Below, piece by piece: positions 52,696-64,000 of a stretch of 64,000 bases of DNA. Made by a program: the position numbers and the translations under genes. The first letter of the stretch is position 1; every line of letters starts with the position of its first letter. The notes under the pieces are model-generated. The model saw nothing but the letters and a program-made list of their open reading frames with translations, was not told where the DNA came from and made no database searches. The stretch comes from Amoebidium appalachense (taxonomy: Eukaryota; Protista; Ichthyosporea): NCBI GenBank assembly GCA_963693365.1, contig CAVNZM010000008.1, forward strand, positions 7,264,830 to 7,328,829, in the 5' to 3' direction.

Positions 52696-52922
52696 CCCCC
52701 CCCCGCCCCCTCCCCCCACCCCACCCCCTCCCCCCTGCTTCTCCCCCCACCCCAATTCTTACACGACTGGAACCTTCTGCCCTTTGCCCCCACGTCACAA
52801 AGCACGCTTGCGGGGCCCTTTCCTTGTGCTCCCGTTGCTCACACACACACTCTCTCTCCCACTCTTTCACCACCCACTCACTCACAAACACGCATTCCAG
52901 GTATCTTCTTTAATCCGCCAAG

Positions 52923-57741
<4,819 letters not shown>

Positions 57742-58077
57742 AAATTGGATTTAGGTTTTGGCGTGTGGTTGAGGATAGGTGATGGGAGAAATTGGAACTA
57801 CTAAGTAGGGGTGGGTGCTGATCGGTGATATTCTGAGATTTTTTGTTCTTTAGTTTTTTTTTTGGTTTTGATTTCTTTTTCTTTGTATATGCCGTTTGTT
57901 GTGAGAGAGAGGGTGTCAGGAAAGAGTGAGACCAGTGATATGCAAGGAAAATAAACAGTACTCCTTCCTTGAGGAAGGGTCATGTGCCCTATTGCAAGGT
58001 GGAAGCAAGAGTATGAGCTGAGGAGCAGGGGGTGGTGGCAATGCACCGCCTGAGTGTCATACATGTCGCTTCTGCCA

Positions 58078-58112
<35 letters not shown>

Positions 58113-58389
58113 AGGCCTAATACATGCACACGATTTCAGTGAGTTTGTTGGAGGGCATTAATTAGAATACACGTGATATGATCAGATGAGATATCACAGA
58201 TACCTCATAAATTGAACTTAATATAACCAACAAAAATCACCACGGAGCATTTGATGCAAATAACCACTGCAAGATCTAGAAAATCCAATGTTACCGTGGT
58301 CCGAGATAATTATAATTAAATTAAAAACTATCACCGCAATTCGAAACGTTTACCATCGCGACCTTTGTGGGTATACACGTACGTGAGTT

Positions 58390-58429
<40 letters not shown>

Positions 58430-59253
58430 TGTAGATATTCGATCTTCCAGCTAGAATTTATTGCCATCACCGGTTTTATATGCCCCAAGACATCAATAAG
58501 CGGCCGGCCAGCTCGCCATAATTATCAAGTAAATTTGAACCCAAAATGAGATATACGAGATATGCCAAGTACAGGACATGCCAAGCAAGCGTTTTTAAAA
58601 ATTTACAACCATTCTTAAATATTCACGCATTCAAATAACATCAGTGTCTACCTGAACAAACAGATATATCAGTTCAAAAAAAAAAAAAAAAAAAAAAAAG
58701 GACGATGTGTATTAATTTACTTGACTGTGCAAATCGAGCACATGTAATATGGAACACCAATTAATAAGGGCAGAACATGCCTACTCAATATCACATGTAA
58801 ACTTCATCATTTTTACACAGTTTTGGTGCCCACATAGCCGGCAAGTTGAAACATATTGTCGCCAACACCAGCGGAAAAAGAGAGGGAGACAGGAAGAGGG
58901 GAGGGAGAGGGAGTGAGAAAAAGTGAGAAACAACCAGAAAGGATCAATTGCCACATATACATGCCTACCAAATTGTAGTAACCAAGACCAACAACACGAT
59001 TTTTTTTACCCATCGGCACATTCAACTTCTGCGTCTGTTCAGGAGTGCACAGGCACACTGCTCGAAAATCAATCCCACTGTCACCGAGTTAATCAACCTC
59101 GGTGCATGTAAAGGGTTCGACCACCAACCATTTCCTTGATTTCCATATATAGTTCAATATGCTGCATGCCGATTGGGCAATCTACATTGTCCGTTCCAGC
59201 AACTCATGGGCTCCAGTCTGCACGTACCGAAGTGAATGGTTAGTTAGGTCTAT

Positions 59254-59311
<58 letters not shown>

Positions 59312-59411
59312 AAAAAAAAAAAGAAGAAAAAGAAAAGGAAAAAAAAAGGAAGGAGGAGAAGAAAAAACCCTTTGCATGACCGCAACGGTAATAGTGGTGG
59401 TCGTGGAGAGG

Positions 59412-59488
<77 letters not shown>

Positions 59489-59808
59489 TTTTGGGGGGGA
59501 GGGGGGGGGACCAGGAAAAGAGAGTCCAGGTGCTTTCCAATTGTTCAGCACCCCACCACCAGCACCTCCACACGTTAATTTTGAGCACGGACATCCACAT
59601 TCTCCAGCCCGCATTAAGATACACAGACCTCAATATCCCCCCCTCCCCCCCCTCCCCCCCTCCCCCCCCTCCCCCCCCTCCCCACACACACACACACACC
59701 CAACACACCCAACCAGCGTCCCACCCACAAAAGGAAACACAAGAAAAATACAAATAAAAAATAAAAAATATGCCTGGTGTTGTTCTATAGGAACACCCCG
59801 CCCCACGT

Positions 59809-60084
59809 TCACCCACCATCATCTTCATAGTCACTTGATCGTTTTTGGCGCTTGGCCGGAGGCGGTTTCTTGGCCGGAGACGTCGTTTTCCTCTGCCGAA
59901 AAAAAACATAAATAAAACAAACAACAAACAGACTAAACTCATCAACAAAGGGCACACACACAGAGACTCGCAAGCCATACATTCATTAGCGATGCCCCCC
60001 CTCCCCCCCCCCCCTCCCCCCCTCCCTGCGCGCACGCCAGGCTAACCCCCCGAGACCATACTTGACATCCCCCCCCCCCCCCCC

Positions 60085-60125
<41 letters not shown>

Positions 60126-60322
60126 AGAACACAGAACACACACAAAACACACACCCACTCGTTCAAAAACAGGTGCACCCATCCGCACCCCTACGGACTG
60201 CATGCACAACTGGCCGACACATAGCTTCCCGCACACACAGTCACACACACACAAACACACCCACCCGCCCACCCACAAATCCACCCGCGCACACACCTGT
60301 CTCCACCCCCTCCTCCCCCCCA

Positions 60323-60369
<47 letters not shown>

Positions 60370-60984
60370 ACACACATACACATACCCACCGACCCACCTT
60401 GACACCGCTTGTTTTCTTCTTCTTTTCACTTCCACCATCCTCCTTTTTCTGTTTTCTCTGCCTTGCCGCCACTTCTTCATATCTCTTCTTTCTCTCACCC
60501 GACAGTGATCGCCACAGCTCACCGCACTTGACAGATACTTCGGGAAGGGTGAAGTTGGGGTGCTGGGGTTGGTGATTGATCAGGGTGGTGGTGGAAAAGG
60601 AGGGGGGAAGGGGGGGGGGGGGGGGGGGTTAGAATGTGTAAGAGAGTATACAAGTACACTTGCATGACCGACAACACAATGCAGAGTGTAAAGAACAAAC
60701 AAAAGAGTATGAATTATAAGCGGTGCCCATCCTCAGGGGGTGCCCAAATCATTAACATTACCCGCCTTTCGACCCATTCAGTGACAACGAACTCCAACTC
60801 AGATAAGAGCATCACGTGGGAGAGGAAGGGGAGGAGAAGGGAAGGGGGGAGGGGTCGGAGAGGAAGAAGGAGAACCGGAGGGAGTTTAAGAGGAGGGGTG
60901 AGAAGGGGTGTGTGTGTGTGTGTGTGGGGGTGGGGGGGGGGGGGGGGGGGGAGGAGGGGGGGGGGGGGGGGTGTTCTCGAAGCA

Positions 60985-61038
<54 letters not shown>

Positions 61039-61175
61039 GTCGCCCATGTGTTCGTGTGCATGAGCTGTGAAACTGTTGTGGTAGTAAGGAAATAGCGAGA
61101 AACAAACAAACAGTAGAGATAGTTGGGTAGTGGATAGGTGGATGGGTGGTGGTTAGTGGGTAGGTGGGTGGCTGG

Positions 61176-61237
<62 letters not shown>

Positions 61238-61366
61238 TAGGGAAAGACAACATGTCCACGAGAGCAAAAAGGCCATCAAGCCCCATGCCAGACATTTGGA
61301 TCTCTTCACTCTCTCTCTTTTTTCTTCTTCTTCTTCTTTTTTTTTTTTTCGTGTATGTGTGTGTGT

Positions 61367-61402
<36 letters not shown>

Positions 61403-61923
61403 GGGAGGGGGTAGTCTACACACACCTTGTGCTTTATTTTCGGCCGCATCTCCTTGCAGAAGACCATGAATGACGTCACAACACCGGTACGCTTGCCCTT
61501 CGAACTCTGCACATGGCATATTCGAGTTTATTGGTATGGTTATCTATCTTTTGATATCCAAAAAATGACCTCCCCCCCCCCCCTCCCCCCCCAACCCCAC
61601 CCCCCGGCGTCTCTTTTCCGTCAACAGCGCACAACCTTCTATCTGTACTCCTAGTCCGTTTAGTAAAAGGTAGGGGATAAGGGATAAAATTGAAACATGC
61701 ACGCACCCATGCGCAAAGGGTGCAAACACGCAGACATGAAAAGACACATCCAAAAAATCCCCCCTTCCCCTCCCCCCCCCCCCGGCCCCCCCCACACACA
61801 CAGACACATCCCCACTACCACACATACTCATACACCCACGCACTATCACCCACACCCACAGCCACACAAACAGACACACACAACACATCTACCCACCCAC
61901 CCACACCCACGTACCCCACACAA

Positions 61924-61965
<42 letters not shown>

Positions 61966-62784
61966 ACACACACACACCCACCCACAACACCCACACACAC
62001 TCACACCCACCCACCCACAACACCCACGCACCCACGCACCCACCCACACCACCCACACACACCCACCCACCCACAACACCCACCCACCCACCCACCCACC
62101 TTCTTTTTGCCCTTCTTCTTGCTCGTCTTCTTACGTGCCTGCAGCCATTCAGATCGGTAAGCAAAGGACACCAACCAATCACTAATAGCCATAACAAAAG
62201 ACAAGGAAATTTTTTTTTTCTTTTCTCTTTTTTTTTTTGGTGGGTGCGTGGGTGGGGAGGGGGGGGGGGGGGGGAGGGGGGGAGACTAAGGGGAGACGAA
62301 GAGAAAGTGAGAGGGTGGGAGAGGGAGAAGAAAAGAGAGAGGGAACGAGGGGGAGAGATAGAGAAAGAGAAAGAGGGACAGCGAGAGAGGGAGGGAGCGG
62401 GGAGGGGAGGGAGGAATGGAGGAACGGAGGGAGGGAGGGCGAGTGAGCAAGGTAGGTGGGTGGCATGTGGATGGAGAGAGAGGCAGAGTGGAAGAAGGGG
62501 TGTGTAAGTGTGAGTGTTGAGGGAGAAATTGCGAAGGCGCGGAGGGAGGAAGGGGGAGGAAGGGGGGGAGGGAGGGAGGGGGGCAGGGGGAGGGGGAGAG
62601 GGGGGGCGGGGGGGGGGGGGGGGGGGGGGAGGGGGGGCAGCACGTACGGGTGGCCTCTCCCTCTGGGCCCTCTCCTTGTCTCTGGCCGCCATCTCTTCGT
62701 ATTTCCTTTTTTGGTCACTGCCCAGTGCCTTCCACCTCTCACTGCACTTGGATGAGATCTCCCCAAACCCAAGAGACGGGTACT

Positions 62785-62817
<33 letters not shown>

Positions 62818-63471
62818 GAAGGAAGGTATAAGCACGCGATATAATGACTATAGGGTGATACCAACCACACCTCCGAAGGCAAGCAAGGAAAGGCATCTAA
62901 GACTAACACCGAGACTAATGACGCATCATGAACCTAATGCGAAAACATGACCAACAAATCTATGGGGAGGGGGGGGGGGAGGGGGGAGGGGGAGGGGGAG
63001 GGGAAGGAGCAGAGAAGAGGAGAAATTTGATGGTGGAAAGGGTGGAAGGGTCGGACGGTAGGGGGGTGTAGATTGTGACATTCTCAGTCACTAATCTTAA
63101 GGGCTGGAATCGGATGGTTAATGATTTGAACACGAGGCCATTGGGTTTAATGATTTGTACAAACTACCTATCGCTCTTGCAAGTTTCGGTCAATACCCCA
63201 GGTGTGACGCAGCATACACACCACGCACATTCACCCACACGCGCAAGTGTTTCTTGACACCAGTCATCAGGCCACATATATAACTGTGTGTGTGCTCATC
63301 CGCTCATCCATAGTCTACACTCAAAATAACCCCCCCCCCCCCCCCCCCCCTTGCTACATAGTGCTCCCTGAGCTCTAACCAGAAGGGAGGAGGCGCGGGG
63401 GGAGGGGGGGGGGGGGGGGGGGGGATGGGGGATGAGGATCACCCTTACATGTACACACGTACACACCGGCA

Positions 63472-63544
<73 letters not shown>

Positions 63545-63651
63545 CATGTACGTGCGCCTACCTTCTGTGCCAGTTTTGGCTGCATCTCAGCCACAAAGAA
63601 CATGTATGCACTGCGTGCCCGCTTGACCTTCGACTTGCTCTTTTTGCGTGT
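59809..63651 (-). CDS. 3' part of a protein with two HMG boxes (5' end outside window). Exons 63651-63562, 62782-62648, 62138-62100, 61506-61426, 60562-60398, 59892-59809; alternatively 59892-59817 plus micro-exon 59217-59204
   Basis: Box 1 is KVKRARSAYMFFVAEMQPKLAQK|YPSLGFGEISSKCSERWKALGSDQKRKYEEMAARDKER. Box 2 is KRTGVVTSFMVFCKEMRPKIKHK|HPNFTLPEVSVKCGELWRSLSGERKKRYEEVA. Introns are GT-AG and phase 0, with Lys-rich linkers. Confidence 0.88.
60628..60805 (-). repeat. Repeat 'R' copy 6 (diverged), HMG-gene intron
   Basis: The reverse complement reads ATCTGAGTTGG..TTCGTT..GAATGGGTCGAAA..GGGCACCCCCTGAGGATGGGC..CATACTCTTT..CACATTCTAAC plus a C-run. Confidence 0.75.
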
Positions 63652-64000
63652 CTGCAGAAAAAGAACATTCTTACATGAACGCATGCACGTATCATGTAAA
63701 AACAGTTATTGTCCCTAACAATCATCCCCCCCCCCCCCCCCCCCTCTCTACCTCCTTCCTCCGGCCGCGTGTCAGAAAACAGCAAAACTGTGTACAAGTA
63801 GCAATGAATTACCAAACAACATACACATAAACACACCACACACACAAAAACACCCACACCCTCTCGCATCCCCTTCCCTCTAACCCTCTCCTCTGTCCCC
63901 CCCCCCCCCTCCCCCCCGGCACCAAGACCCACTCTCTCTTCCCCTTCTAACCTCCCCTCCCCCCCCCCCCCCCCTCCCCCCCGCCCCTCCCAGGCTACAC

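Noticed and set aside
52901-52922. U12-type donor (GTATCTT)
   Set aside because: It does not match GTATCCTT and has no U12 branch site. It is better read as 5'UTR sequence after a CAG acceptor.

Overview
Eukaryotic genomic DNA, probably from an opisthokont protist or early-diverging fungus. That placement is inferred from GT-AG introns, an EF-hand LETM1 and an Rcf2-type HIG1 protein. The window is saturated with (CA/GT)n, (GA/CT)n and 20-55 nt G/C homopolymers, so almost all six-frame ORFs are repeat noise. I reconstructed four spliced genes by hand: a class-C-like 7TM receptor (9171-11734, +, one homopolymer frameshift), a complete 9-exon LETM1 (49855-39706, -, 754 aa), a 4-exon Rcf2/HIG1 gene (52923-57741, +, 197 aa) and the 3' part of a double-HMG-box gene (-, runs off the right edge). 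Most of 1-39 kb is a transposon graveyard. It holds a four-level nest of TIR elements with intact TSDs, two non-LTR retroelement families, a decayed DEAH-helicase pseudogene and a probable Ty3/gypsy remnant. Four signals are most unusual. (1) Many introns carry decayed, in-register 'ghost' copies of neighbouring exons, often with synonymous codon differences. (2) A ~180-nt repeat ending in poly(C) is always sense to its host gene and has a 5S-like head. (3) A young LINE ends ~195 nt beyond its poly(A). (4) Introns tend to have G/GT-rich 5' ends and C/CA-rich 3' ends in place of a polypyrimidine tract. All alignments are by eye, and assembly or synthetic artefacts cannot be excluded without raw reads.
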